The notes under the pieces were generated by a model. That model was given only the letters and a program-made list of their open reading frames with translations. It had not been told where the DNA came from and made no database searches. DNA of 64,000 bases from contig CM120640.1 in the NCBI GenBank assembly GCA_051362555.1, forward strand, positions 44,928,788 through 44,992,787. Direction: 5' to 3'. This DNA comes from Lingula anatina. Lineage: Eukaryota; Animalia; Brachiopoda. This document shows positions 49,550 to 60,520 of this stretch, piece by piece (position 1 is the first letter of the stretch; every line of letters begins with the position of its first letter). A program made the position numbers and the translations under genes.

Positions 49550-52500
49550 ACTATAGCATGTATAAATGTGCATGCACATCCAAAATAATGGTTTCATCAT
49601 TCTGATATCCTTGACGATATTAGTGGACATAGCTTTTGTATGCATGAATGTAAATTAAATGTTCATGAGTGCTATTAACATTCATTAAGGTACTAGTACT
49701 AGCAAAATTAAACATTTTTTGCATACACAAAAATTATGGGAAAAAAATTTGTTCCTTTTTCAAATTGTTAGTGTTTTTGTCAGTGTATATCAAAGGCAGA
49801 GCTATTCCTGATAACTCAATGTATACAATTGCTATTTAGATACACATTTATAAGAACAATATATTTGTAGCTGAAAGGATTCAACATAACAGAACTATAA
49901 AATGGCATTTTATATCCTTATGATTGCCAAGCTTTCCTAACCCAGATAACATATCTAACTTATGCAACAATACACGGAAGCTTTCTTGCATTAATTTTAT
50001 TCTAAATCAAATAGAATCGATGATTTGAATGATATTATGTACAAACACAACTGGGCTATGGTTATGCTATAGACCACCAATGCAGTTAGGCATAAGTCTT
50101 CATCCATCTTTAATACTCATATTCATTGTTTCCAGGCACTATTTTTTCCAAAATATTCTAAGAACACTTTAATGTTTGTCAAAATATGCTTTCTTCATTC
50201 TAGACTATATCGAACTCTTGATCATCTTACATATATCAAAATCATTACACCCTGTAATTATCCCCCCCTCCTAAGTTCAGAATATACCACAAATTAACCA
50301 AATATGTCTCAACCCTGTCCCTACCTTTGCTTTTCTTGTCTTTCTGTTATACTTATGCTCCAGCGCCGTAGCCATAATGTACTGTTCGCTGATTGCAAGG
50401 CAAAATATTCAAACTCAAGCTTCAGTGACACCCAAATAATCCTTATCAGTATCAGTCTTACTGTATAACAAATGTCATCTCTCTCTTATCAAGCTGTTGA
50501 ACCAAGAAAAGCCTTTATGGCTTAGACATTTTTAGAAACACCAGAGATAATATTGCACTTTTTCCTCAGATTTTTCCTCTCAGCTCATTCCAGCATGATA
50601 CAGCATTCATACAGTCTAAGCAATCAAAATGTATCTTCCAAACTTTTCAACAATTTGCTGTACATATGTTATTCTGGTCAAAGTATAATAATTTTTTTCC
50701 CTTTTTTGTGAACTGTAAGCTATAAACTGCCAAATATAAAATGTTTTAGCATGACAACCATCCTTCAAATGGCAACAAACAAGTGTCATTGCAGATCATG
50801 CCAACTGCCACAGGTGGGTCATTAGGTGACGGGTCACCCCCTATCACTACAGATGGTGTATTATATAAGGAACAATTCACACCACTTTGATCGGTTCAGT
50901 GTAGGCCATCTAAGAGATGTACAATATGAAAGCTTTGAAAACCAAAGTGCTGCTTGCTTGACCACATGCTGAAGACTGAATGTGATATAATGTAATCAGC
51001 AATGAGCAATGCACATGCTGTGAGAACACATTACATAAGTATTAAATCATATAAACAAGGCAGCAAAGCTGTCAAATGTACAGACAAAAAGAAGGAAAAA
51101 AACAAAATAGGGTACAGTCAATTCTGATGCAAAAGTACATTATGTTAAACTGCAAATTCAACATCAAATTTTAATCATGCTCAACAGGTAATTCCAATGT
51201 AAGTAAAATGTGTAACAAGCATAAGGCTTCAGCCCCATAGGAGTTCAAGTTCACAATCTGAAAATGTATAACTTTCAGAAAAAGAAGTCAATTAGACTGC
51301 TTTTCCAACTCAGGCTGCATTTTAGTCCTGTATTTCTTTTTTTTGAAAGTTTGGCAATCATAAGTAACATGGTTTTCCCATAATGGTTTTCATGGCAGCA
51401 GCACCCAAAATTGTGAGTTCTTCTATTCTGATGCAATATTACATAATGGTTAACAGCATAATGACAATCAATTTTTAATAATAAAATAAAGGTATCATGG
51501 ATTTTCAGAAAATGTGACTAGCATGGGTCTTCAAGCCTGTGGAACTTCAAAGTCACACCTTGAAAATGCCAATATATGAAAAATTAAACTTTCACAAAAA
51601 AACTGTTTAACCGGCAGAAAGAATTACCAAACAGATTGCATTGCCTACTGAAGCTGTATTTAAGTCCCATGTTTCTTTAAGTTTGAGAACAGTAAATGAC
51701 ATGGTTTTCCTTAAATGGTCATCATGGGAGCAGTGCCCAAAATAGGTTTATTTTCAAATTTTGATGCAATATTACATAATGTTTAACAGCATAATGATCA
51801 TCAATTTTTAATAATATCATGTATATTCAGAAAATGTGACTAGCAAAGGTCTTCATGCCCATGGAACTTCAAAGTGACACCTTGAATATGCCAAAATGTA
51901 AACTAGACAGCACTGTGCTGAAATGGGTTTATTTCCATTTTTAACACTTTTTTAATATAAGATGAAATAAACAGTTTACTGCCATTTTTATATGATCAAC
52001 TAAGAAAATTGATGAGATGGGACAAATATCAATAGAACTGTGTCAAATGTCCAATTTCCTCCATTCTGACATTCTGAACATAGTAAATGATTGAATCTGA
52101 CTGATATGACTTTATTTCCATTTTTGACACTTTATTACACAATACACGACAACAAGTTTACCATCATTTCTACATAATCAACTAACAATGTTGTAAAGAT
52201 GCAGGAAATGTCAAACAAACACTTTTATGTGTCTTATTAATTAAATAATAAGACTGTTAACATGCCTAAGAATTGAATTTGAGGAAATGTGAAAAAACAG
52301 CATGACTTCGAAAACAATGGCCTGATTATACTAATTTTCAAACTCAACCTGCATTTTAGTAAGATTGACCACTCCTGTGAGTTTAATGACAGTTGGTCTA
52401 TCTGTTTTTTTTATATTGTGTTTACAGTGTTGCATATATGCTAAAAAGTGAAAAAACAGCATAACTACTAAAATAGTGGCCCGATCATGCCGATTTTCGA

Positions 52501-55500
52501 ACTTGACCTGCGTTTTAGTAAGATTGATTACTCCTGTGAGTTTCATGACAACAGGCCTATCGGTTTTCCTTAAAATGTGTTAACAGGGTTGCATATATGC
52601 TGAAAAGTGAAAAAACAGCATAACTTCTACAATAATGGCCCGATCATGCTGATTTTCGAACTTGACCTGCGTTTTATGAATATTCAACAGCTCTGTAAAT
52701 ATAAAGCCAAAAAGTAAAACTGCCCTCCACTTATCATGTTAACAAGGAAAGTGCACGGCGCCGGCATCGGCATCGGCGACGACGGCGACGACAGACGCAG
52801 GTGATGGCAATATGTACAGACACATCTGTGTCTGTACATAAAAAGAGGACATGATCCAACCACGTGAATGGGCCCAAAGGCACGCTTTTTATTATGAAGC
52901 TGAAAATGGCGTGATGTGATATGCTGGCATCACACTACATCACAAAGTAAGGTGTCCTCTGCCATTGAGCAGTTAACTCTCTTATCAACAATCTCTTCCA
53001 AAATTAGATACAATTTTCAAAAATTGTCAATAAAGTCCTGTCATAATGATATCTGAAGAGAATCTCCTACAGTAGCAAGTTCTTTTGTATGGGAGAAAAT
53101 ACCTTATCTTAACAGGAGGCTGGTGTTGACACAAAGGTAATTTAAAGCTGGCAACTTCAGGCAGCTGGGTAACAGTGGAATTCAATAAATGTGGTGAAAT
53201 TAACAATTAATGACCCTACTACCACTGATTTGGAATCGGTTCCTCATAGTTTCATTGAAGTACTGAGGAAACCGACTTGAAGATGGTTAATTATATTATA
53301 TTTTTTAAATAATTAACCTAATTAAACTTTGTTTATGTTCATTTTTTAAAATGCCAAGCCTAGGGTTTAAGTGAATAAGTTGTATTTTACTTGTTAATCT
53401 AATACTGTACATGCAGCATAGATAACAGTTTGTGGCTCAGTTGAACGACTTAAATTGAAGTCGAATGCACTGAACAAGTTAGTGCTAATAATTAATTAAG
53501 AACCAACAGCAATATTGTCAATTTCAGTTCTGTACTCTAAACTGTAAAGACAATCACTGGATTGCAGTTCAATATTCGAAGTAGAACTCGGTATTTTATA
53601 GCTGTGGTAGATGTGTCAACTAATATGAATCTACTGCTGCAATAAAAATCCCAGAGAAGCTGAAAATATGTACTAGTATGTACAACAAATGCATTGTAAA
53701 AGATGGAGCTAGAGGTTTCAGACTGGATAGACGACTAGTAGTCCAGGCCCGTAGCCAGCAATTTCAAAAGGAGGGTTCTTTTTCTGAAAAAGTGGACCTT
53801 TTTCCATAAAAACTCCATGTACCTAGATCAAATTTTACCCAGAGTGGACCTTTTCCTAGCAAAAAAGGGTGGTTCTTTCGAACCCCTGAACCCCCCTGGC
53901 TACGGGCCTGAGTACATACTGCATACAGGCATGCACATTAACAATACAACATGAACTATACTAAAATACCTAAACATATCAGAGCAAGGCAAACAATACA
54001 ATTTAAAAGTAAAACTAAAACAAGTACCTGCTGCTGTGAAGGGACAAGGGTGTGTACAAATCCATGATATCTCAAGCTTGGTTAACAGGTGTAATGGTTT
54101 AAAAAAGCCACTATCATATTACTTTGTTGATTTTATTAGCACAGTGGAAGTACTAGTACAAAGCTCTTAGTAGTGCATGCCCTTTGGAAATTCTTAACTT
54201 TAAAGTAAATGGATATCTTTGAGGAGGACAAGATTCATTCTCTCTAAAATGTATGGATTTGATGTCCCCATAAAATGTCAGTTTACTCTAAGGTCAAATA
54301 ACTGGGTTTGAATACATAATACATCATGTTATAAATATATAGTGTTGCAGCTCTTCAATTTTTGAAATCTATAAAATACTTCCTCGACTGTCTCTCCCTG
54401 TGACAAAGTGCATGCAAGTCAAATAAGAAACATCCCTTTAATCTTTTTATGTTTTTAAATTAGCCATAAAAAGAAGTTCTAGAAACACAGGCTTGCCATC
54501 AATCCTGTAAAACCAAGTAACCATTAACAGAAGTAGGATCATATTACTGGCCATTCCATATACCCTCCAAAATATCTGCTTATCTTTGTAATTTTTCCCA
54601 CTGAAATATTGCAACATTTTGAACAAAAGTAGTCCTAAAGAATCAAGGCATGGTGCAACTGCACCTTTTTTTTTTTTTTTCCATGGGATAAGAAGATGTG
54701 AAAATCAAAAAGGAAGAAAAGATATCACTAAAGAGAAAGGAAAAGTGGAACAGCCCCTTCAATTATAATCTTTTCTCAGTCCTGTGGTGTATACAAGTTA
54801 TGTATGCCATGGTAACGCCTGGGTAAGACCTATTCAAGTGATAAAAGTCCATTTTTCTGTTTTGATCAACAGAAGAAAGAATCACCACAACAACGCCTAA
54901 TCTGAAGCTGTTAAAGTGTACATGGGAAGAAATTATACTGACCCTAACTATACACATATTAGCATGTCAAAGTGAAATAGAAAAATGCAGAATGACTCTT
55001 GTCAAACATAACTTTTACCATACTACTCTAAATCACACAGGACCAGTAATATGTGTTAACAGTGGTTTTGTCAAACAAATTAATGCATAAATTAATACAG
55101 TCAACTTGGTCCTTGGTTAGACACAATGTAAACCCAACTTCTAGATGAGAAGTAGCCACTTTGTTGTGTGTATACATGGAACTATTGGTTTTAAAAACAG
55201 CTGTTTTGTTCTTATTTGCTCAGGATATTCAGGCTAGACACAGTTGTAGATGGCCTCAGTGTCTAGAAGGACCATGCTGATTTTGGTAGCTTAGAAAAAG
55301 GTCTACTCCTTTTCTATAATAATGGCTTCTTGATTACCAAAACACATTTACAGATAGAAGTCCCACGTAGTCCCTCCTGTTGCCCATAACCTTAGAAGGT
55401 TTACACGTGTGTGTGTGTGTGTGTGGGGGGGGGGAGAGAAAATGGTACATAACTGACATGTATTCTTTGAAAGGCAGGTGTGGCCTTTTTTTTCAAAAGA

Positions 55501-58439
55501 AAATTCTTTAAGTAGTGCTTGCACTGTTGTATTATATTACATCTACATTAAATTGATTACTTCTGACTCTTAATGTTGATAACAATTAATGTAAAATATA
55601 TACATAGTTTCACAATCATTAAAAGGGACAGCATAAACCTCGCTTAAAAGAGCATGTATGATAGTTATGATCATTATTCACAATTTTCCTGGAGCTGTTA
55701 CTAGTAACTAAGCAAAACTGTATGAAATATAATAAAGTCATTTGACTGCACACAGCTTATGCTCAAGATTGTTTACTCCAAAAATCCAATTTTTGCCTCA
55801 GCGTGTACATGCAGCCTAATGTTTTATGCAACCCATGAATTTAGCTCTTTTAAATTATACATCCAGTGCTATACAATAATATAGCCGATACAGATTAACA
55901 ATATAAATTTTTTATGTTTTAGGTTCATCATGGCATGCCATATAACAGTATCTTCAGCTGTTTAACAGAGATGTTGTTGTAGTCAGGTTATTTGCCCAGA
56001 TATCAGCCCCCTCCTGTGGTTATCAATTTCAACAAATATAAATCCAAATTTCAATTAATGTGAAACCGACTGTAACAAATCAGTGGTCAACAATTTTCAA
56101 CAGCACCTTAAGATAAACAGCACACTTGTTTGACAAAGGCTAGGTTGCTTTTCAATGAAATAATATAGGTTTATCTAACTCATACATACTTTCAATTGTA
56201 TTGTAATTTCATCCATCACAAGGTTCATTGGTTGCTTAAAGCAGGCAGGAAAATACTTGCACTGACTATAATAGAAGTGAGTGTGATGGAGGTTGGATTG
56301 CTTAAAGAAAGAGGGCAAAGTATTCACCTTCTCCAATAAAAGTTTCAAGTTTCCACTCGATTTTAACATACTAGTAAGTAATAATATAGAGAATTTGCAC
56401 CATTGAATACCTAATAACCCATACATTTATAATACTTGCATTATGTGGTAAATTACTTGCATCTAAGTGTGAACCTAAAATGGAAAAAGGTCACTTGGCA
56501 GTTGAGAAGGTTTTCACATAAACTGTTACATAACTATTTTTAATAACTGACTTATATGAAATGCTGACTTAAGATAGACTTTTGCAAAATATTCCCTCTA
56601 TGTCTTGTCAATGCTATTTGTGATATGAATTTTAAATACTAGTCATCCAACAAATTCCTCTTATATATTATCTGAAATATCTTTCACACAAAAAAATGTG
56701 TTCTGTAAAGAGAAAACTATTAAAAAACAAAAATATACCTGAAGATTTCTTAAATTACAGCATAAGGTACTGTATTCGTCATTAAATAAAATATTAAGCA
56801 TCAATCCATTTAACTTACAAACTGTTTAACACATTCCCATTAAATTTCATTTAAATTTGAAAACATTTTTCTGTTGTAAAATGAATGAGCACCATTTAAG
56901 CAAAGTTCAAAACTTCCAGTAACATGACGCTGTAAGGTCAAACTATATGCTAATTAATGCTATTAGGCATTTACAAAAGGCTGCTTGTTTTTGACAGGTG
57001 AAACTTTGCTGTTATGTCAATGACAAACTAACCTATTGATCAAGACTGGCTCTAATCCTATAAGATTGATTAATCTCCTTCTACTAACGTTTTACAAAGG
57101 TTGATCATCAACGTAGCAGAAAACAGAGCAACACTTGAGGATTTGCTGTAACTGCTGCTGGGATTTCTAACAATCTACTAGTAATGCAAATATGGAAGCA
57201 AAGGTAGTGGAACAAGTTACAGCTTAATTTCTGCTGTGGTCTGTCATGTTAAGAGCACAGCTGATGCATGTTCTTTTTAATAAAACTAATCAATCACCAC
57301 TTTAAACAAGACCTGCTGTTCCTGGTTCACATATAAACATATGCAATTTAAATTAACAAAACCATAAATTATAGTTTTCTGAGATGTGGTTTTCTTCTCT
57401 AGTTGTGTATATGAACTGTTTTGCAACACCTTTAATATTCCAAGTCTGAGGATTTTGGTTTGTGTGTCTGTGTGTGTGTGTGTGTGCATGCATGCGTGTG
57501 AGCACATGCATGCATTAGCGAATATGCATCTATAGTGTTTGTGTTTGCACACATAATCATGAATGTATTTGTTAGAACATGAGAAGAACTGTTTCTTCCT
57601 TTCTAACAAGTACATTTCAGTAAAAAAAAACAAAAAAACTAGAATTACTATGAACTTACCACATCTCCCTCTCCATAGCCACCTTTCACACCCGAATGTT
57701 TCCCAGATATGGGTGTAGAAGTGAAAGGCAACTTCTTAGCAGTTAAGTCCTCTGTACTGTCCCCACTGAAAGTCCTGTCCATTTTGAAACTATCCATCTT
57801 AAAGTTCCTTGCAAACTCCCGTTTTGATTCCTGAATAATTTTTTGTACCTCTTGTTCATGTTCCCTTTTAAGTCTCCTGATCTCCAAAGTCTTTTCTTTA
57901 TCAGATTTTGACTTTTCAGAAAGCTTCTCCTGTATTTGTTTCTTGGAATCTTTCAGCATTTGGACTTCTTGTTGAAGTTTAAGGACAGCATCTGTGTTTC
58001 CAGTCAAGTCACTGTGAGAGCCTTGAGATTTTTTCCTGAGATCAGAAGATCCATATGCAGCATCCTCTTTCTCTCGATCTAACTGGCGTTTCAATACTTT
58101 CAATTCTTCTTCTTTATACCTGAGGACTTGCTTTAATTCCAGGTCTTTTTCTCTTGCAACACTATCTTTTGTTTTCTGTATCTCTGCTTGTTTCTCTGCC
58201 TGGAACTTGATATTAGCCATTTCTAGTTCATGAGATTTCTCTCTCTCCATCATTTCTTTGGCATGTTTGATTTCAGAAACTTTCTCCCTCTCTTTTTGTT
58301 TGGACCTTGCTTTCTCTAACTCCAGCTCTGACTTGAGCTTGGCAATGTGCCGTCTCATCTCATCTGTCGTCCTTTGGGAAGAATCTAGTTTGTTTGAGGG
58401 TAGCCTCCGTCCCCCAATGGAACCATTTGAGCTCTCCAT
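9629..58439 (-). CDS. RIMBP2: RIM-binding protein (RIMBP2/TSPOAP1/RIMBP3 family), long isoform, ~2340 aa, 33 coding exons
   Basis: Phase-consistent GT-AG exons: 58439-57660, 48971-48852, 47433-47305, 44256-44068, 42787-42683, 41323-41195, 37474-37391, 36138-36046, 35339-35067, 31638-31555, 31223-31134, 27191-27069, 24315-24211, 24078-24028, 23850-23619, 22911-22714, 22395-22316, 21821-21557, 21289-21146, 20330-20187, 18934-18741, 18259-18181, 17286-16993, 16627-16451, 16056-15851, 15331-15164, 14544-14344, 13955-12968, 12684-12068, 11693-11510, 11171-11035, 10809-10594, 9772-9629 (sum 7023 nt). The SH3-3xFN3-SH3-SH3 order is diagnostic, with family motifs [43 protein letters not shown] and the C-terminal [17 protein letters not shown]. 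Confidence 0.95.
10594..12684 (-). CDS. RIMBP2: RIMBP exons encoding SH3 domains 2 and 3
   Basis: [34 protein letters not shown]|[29 protein letters not shown] and [22 protein letters not shown]|[40 protein letters not shown]. Confidence 0.96.
12968..13955 (-). CDS. RIMBP2: RIMBP 988-nt exon encoding an H/K/E/D/R-rich low-complexity region
   Basis: Acceptor tccag, donor GTAAGA; open frame [21 protein letters not shown]...QFSVPSI, phase 0 in and phase 1 out, matching both neighbours. Confidence 0.88.
15529..15786. mobile_element. MITE with ~100 bp terminal inverted repeats (PIF/Harbinger-like ends)
   Basis: Starts GGCTTCGTTCACATGGAAAGTCTATTTTCTAAAAATCTATTTTCTATT and ends AATAGAAAATAGATTTTTAGAAAATAGACATTCCATGTGAACGAAGCC; arms pair inward to gcggcgtaattact/agtaattacgccgc. 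Left flank TTA, right flank AAA, so the target duplication is imperfect. Confidence 0.85.
15851..18934 (-). CDS. RIMBP2: RIMBP exons encoding three fibronectin type III domains
   Basis: Exons 18934-18741 ([24 protein letters not shown]), 18259-18181, 17286-16993 ([29 protein letters not shown]), 16627-16451 ([10 protein letters not shown]...[27 protein letters not shown]), 16056-15851. Confidence 0.94.
19270..19290 (-). CDS. Candidate 21-nt frame-preserving microexon of RIMBP (DVTVAVQ)
   Basis: tgtgctag|ATGTGACAGTAGCTGTGCAGG|gtaagg; symmetric phase 1, open frame, inside the phase-1 intron 20186-18935. Confidence 0.5.
19728..19910 (-). mobile_element. Degenerate inverted copy of the 53744-53910 MITE family
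   Basis: aaaaggtccacttttttcagaaaagaaccc (~19852-19881) closely matches the reverse complement of gggttctttttctgaaaaagtggacctttt in the 53.7 kb element; termini are eroded. Confidence 0.65.
21557..21821 (-). CDS. RIMBP2: RIMBP exon encoding SH3 domain 1
   Basis: [63 protein letters not shown]. Confidence 0.96.
21974..22060. repeat. Poly-A / (AAAT)n simple repeat
   Basis: Directly visible. Similar tracts at 29194-29245 and 5040-5085, and poly-A at 9895-9939. Confidence 0.9.
29427..29471 (-). CDS. Candidate alternative start exon of RIMBP ([15 protein letters not shown])
   Basis: 15 codons, AAG|GTATTT phase-0 donor, compatible with downstream exon 27191. Confidence 0.4.
32499..32711. mobile_element. 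MITE-like element with imperfect inverted ends
   Basis: Left ccattctcatagattagatcga vs right tcgatctaaaagttgtgagaacagagcc; GC/CpG-rich island in an AT-rich intron. Confidence 0.6.
32760..33017. mobile_element. Fold-back MITE, nearly palindromic over its whole length
   Basis: gcattcccataaacccaaagtactagctggat ... atccagctagtacaatgggtttatgggaacgc; inner arms ttagtgtaa/ttacactaa, tgtctggcac/gtgccagaca, ctaggaggtaattaac/gttaattaccccctag. Confidence 0.85.
36513..36640. repeat. (TG)n microsatellite, interrupted
   Basis: Two TG runs separated by catgacatacatgcctgcacgtgta. Confidence 0.95.
39830..39862 (-). CDS. Candidate alternative start exon of RIMBP ([11 protein letters not shown])
   Basis: accATG, 11 codons, GGG|GTAATT phase-0 donor; CCAAT (~40006-40010) and perfect CRE TGACGTCA (40104-40111) upstream. 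Confidence 0.5.
42436..42495. repeat. (TG)n microsatellite
   Basis: Directly visible. Confidence 0.95.
44068..44256 (-). CDS. RIMBP2: RIMBP exon, conserved FARQRA motif
   Basis: [63 protein letters not shown]. Confidence 0.9.
44643..44803. repeat. Two-copy ~88 bp tandem repeat
   Basis: tttaactatgatattca..tcaa.tcaaagg.aatcatt.cattc.gaa..tgtcaaaaa...gt..ctgtgaaa occurs at ~44643 and ~44730. Confidence 0.75.
47305..47433 (-). CDS. RIMBP2: RIMBP exon, conserved coiled-coil motif
   Basis: [43 protein letters not shown], flanked by AG/GT, phase 0. Confidence 0.9.
48110..48202 (+). mobile_element. Fragment related to the right arm of the 32760-33017 MITE
   Basis: aattaagctgattatactgagtgcaccttagcaagaatccc...gatcgatcctgctagta aligns with 32930-32998 (aattaagctgattacactaaaagcgctttagcaagaagccc...tccagctagta). 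Confidence 0.6.
49507..49547. repeat. (TG)n microsatellite
   Basis: Directly visible. Confidence 0.95.
50325..50375 (-). CDS. Candidate alternative start exon of RIMBP ([17 protein letters not shown])
   Basis: attATGG context, 17 codons, AAG|GTAGGG donor in phase 0, compatible with exon 48971; local CpGs in CpG-poor DNA. Confidence 0.5.
51053..52844 (-). mobile_element. Non-autonomous Helentron-associated element (HINE-like) carrying tandem-repeat arrays
   Basis: Minus-strand 5' end: T-run, perfect 13-bp hairpin ATGTACAGACACA/TGTGTCTGTACAT (52812-52839), then CGT/GCCGAT microsatellite-like tract (52757-52798). 3' end: subterminal repeat copy (atgtacagaca 51076-51086), short hairpin ggcagc-aaa-gctgtc (51059-51073), CTTGTTT terminus. 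Internal arrays of ~300, ~180 and ~160 bp units. Confidence 0.78.
53744..53910. mobile_element. 167-bp MITE with perfect 15-bp TIRs
   Basis: CAGGCCCGTAGCCAG ... CTGGCTACGGGCCTG; internal duplicated agtggacctttt; no clear target-site duplication. Confidence 0.85.
57660..58439 (-). CDS. RIMBP2: RIMBP first coding exon (260 aa N-terminal coiled coil)
   Basis: Acceptor tttcag before 58520; in-frame TGA upstream; ATG at 58439 (MESSNGS...); donor GTAAGT after 57660. K/E-rich heptad pattern. Confidence 0.85.
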
Positions 58440-60219
58440 GATTTCCAAACCTCTGTCTCTGTACACCAGCAAATCTTCACTAACCAGCTCTCATGGCTGC
58501 ACTAGACACCAAAGTTGCACCTGAAAATCCAGAACAGAATCAAAGTGATAAAAGATAATGTTTGATGGTTGATAGGTCATATTCCTAAGCTTGTGTCAAT
58601 AAAATAAAAATGTAAATACAAAGCACAATTTTTGTTGGAGCACTAGGACAGATAAGAAAACTACATTGCTGTCTGTGTAAAAGATTAAGAAAACAAACCC
58701 AGCTTACAAATACAAGTTTCGTGGGCTTTTAGATTTCAGTGTTTTATGCCTTCACAGTATAATTTCCATTACCATAATGGCAACTAATGTCAAAAAATTA
58801 AATTATTGTTTATAAATCACTGCATCTGATATACTGGTTTTGACCCTTTCACCTCCTTTTAAAATGACATTGTACTGCCACCTTTAAGAATAAATGGAAG
58901 AGAACATAATTCCTACCCATAAATTTTCAAGTAAAAGTTTGTTATTCATGACTCTCATTTAAAAATCCACCTGAATTCTGTCAATTTTAAAGAAAATGTG
59001 GACCATGCATCAATGATAAGTTTTATACAAGGTTATGTGGGTAAAAACTTGGGCCTCATAAAACTTCTAAATCAACTTATGTTCTGATCAAATATATTTG
59101 CACTTAACAAACCTGTAACTAGTCATTGATTGCAGGGTCATATCCATACAATTTGCTTTCACTTGAATGGGCATTTTTTATTGTTTGGATTGGTTTTCCC
59201 ATAATCATTAGTATACTATTATAAATTTAAACAAAATAAGATATCTAGATCATATTCAGAGAAAATTTGAATCTTTGGAATTTTCATTAACTGCACAAAA
59301 GTTGCTTTGTTTCTTCATAAATGTCTCTAATCAAAGATATATCACTGCTTGTTATATAAGCATTTACGCATAATAAAGGTAAATTTACTGTCGGTTACCA
59401 CAGATAACTCAAAATGACCTTAACAATCATCAAAGCTATCTATGTGGGTTGTTAACAAAAAAGTATTCACATATTTATCAATACTGTTACTACATACCAC
59501 ACTTGAATGTAATATGTAAGAAATAAGGGCAAACATTTATTCTTCAGTAAAATGGTGCACCCTTATAAAATGTTCTGAATGTTTACATTTTTATTAAGAT
59601 AATACTGCCAAATATTTTCTTTTAATGCTAGCACCCTCATAAAAAGTTGTTCAAGCTGTTTTGCAAATTAGATAATACGTACATGTACCATCAAATATCT
59701 TCTTGTTATTGCAAAATACACAATTACAATACACAATTTTAATTCCGAGAGTCTGTGTTAGCAAATATCTTAAGGCTATACTTAACCAAATCCTCCCTAA
59801 AAACTAAAATATTTTAAGATTTCGGAGTCGATGCTTTGTCAGTTTACAACTAACTAAATTTCCCCTAACTCATTATCTCCAATGAGACATCATGATATGT
59901 CCCCATTATCTTGACCACAGTTCTTATTCATTGCAAAGAGCTATGACATCAGACAAATGTCTATACCGTACTGTATGTACCCTTCTTCAGATTGCATTAA
60001 AATTTTTCTACCAATTAATAGCTCTTGAGTCTTGTGATAAATATTCATTTCATCCACTTAGTGGACCTGATGATTTAAGTTTCGTTCAACTCTAGACTTT
60101 AAAGAAGCTACCAAAGAAGAGGAGCCACAAATTATAATGATTCCATTTCCAACATATTTAAAATGTAACTTGACCAATACCAGCAATACTGTCAGTGTCA
60201 CAGACTACTTTTACTATAG

Positions 60220-60520
60220 AAGCGGCCATGTTGCGAGTCGGGTTGTTGTCATATCCTGCAACTTTCTAAGTGGTCAAAACAAATAAGACTTAATATCACA
60301 AAACAACATAAGGCAAACGGATATAACAAGCTTAAGATTATCTGACATACCCATAACGTACCTTTGGCCTTCATATCAGGTAAATAGCACGCAAAACATA
60401 GGGATACCCGCCACTTACTTGAACTACATTGTGTACAGGTTCCCAATCACGTGACCTTGTGGGGCATTTTACTGTAGGGGGCAGGTTGCCCATAACAGAC
60501 ACGACAGACAAAGGTAAGGG
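60220..60520. promoter_or_regulatory. Candidate bidirectional promoter / non-coding first exons between RIMBP and HPD
   Basis: CpG-richer patch with CCAAT+CACGTG (60443-60453), YY1-like GCGGCCATGTT (60222-60232) and X-box-like GTTGCCCATAAC (60485-60496). Minus-strand donors CAA|GTAAGT (after 60419) and AAG|GTACGT (after 60362); plus-strand donor AAG|GTAAGG (after 60513). Confidence 0.5.

Noticed and set aside
51150-52680. Spaced repeats considered as a CRISPR-like array; ORF 52331-52546
   Set aside because: Units are long diverged tandem repeats without unique spacers, inside a transposon in a eukaryotic intron; the ORF is a by-product of the repeat.
54028-54065. [12 protein letters not shown] followed by a minus-strand donor
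   Set aside because: Ends in phase 2, incompatible with the phase-0 downstream RIMBP exons.
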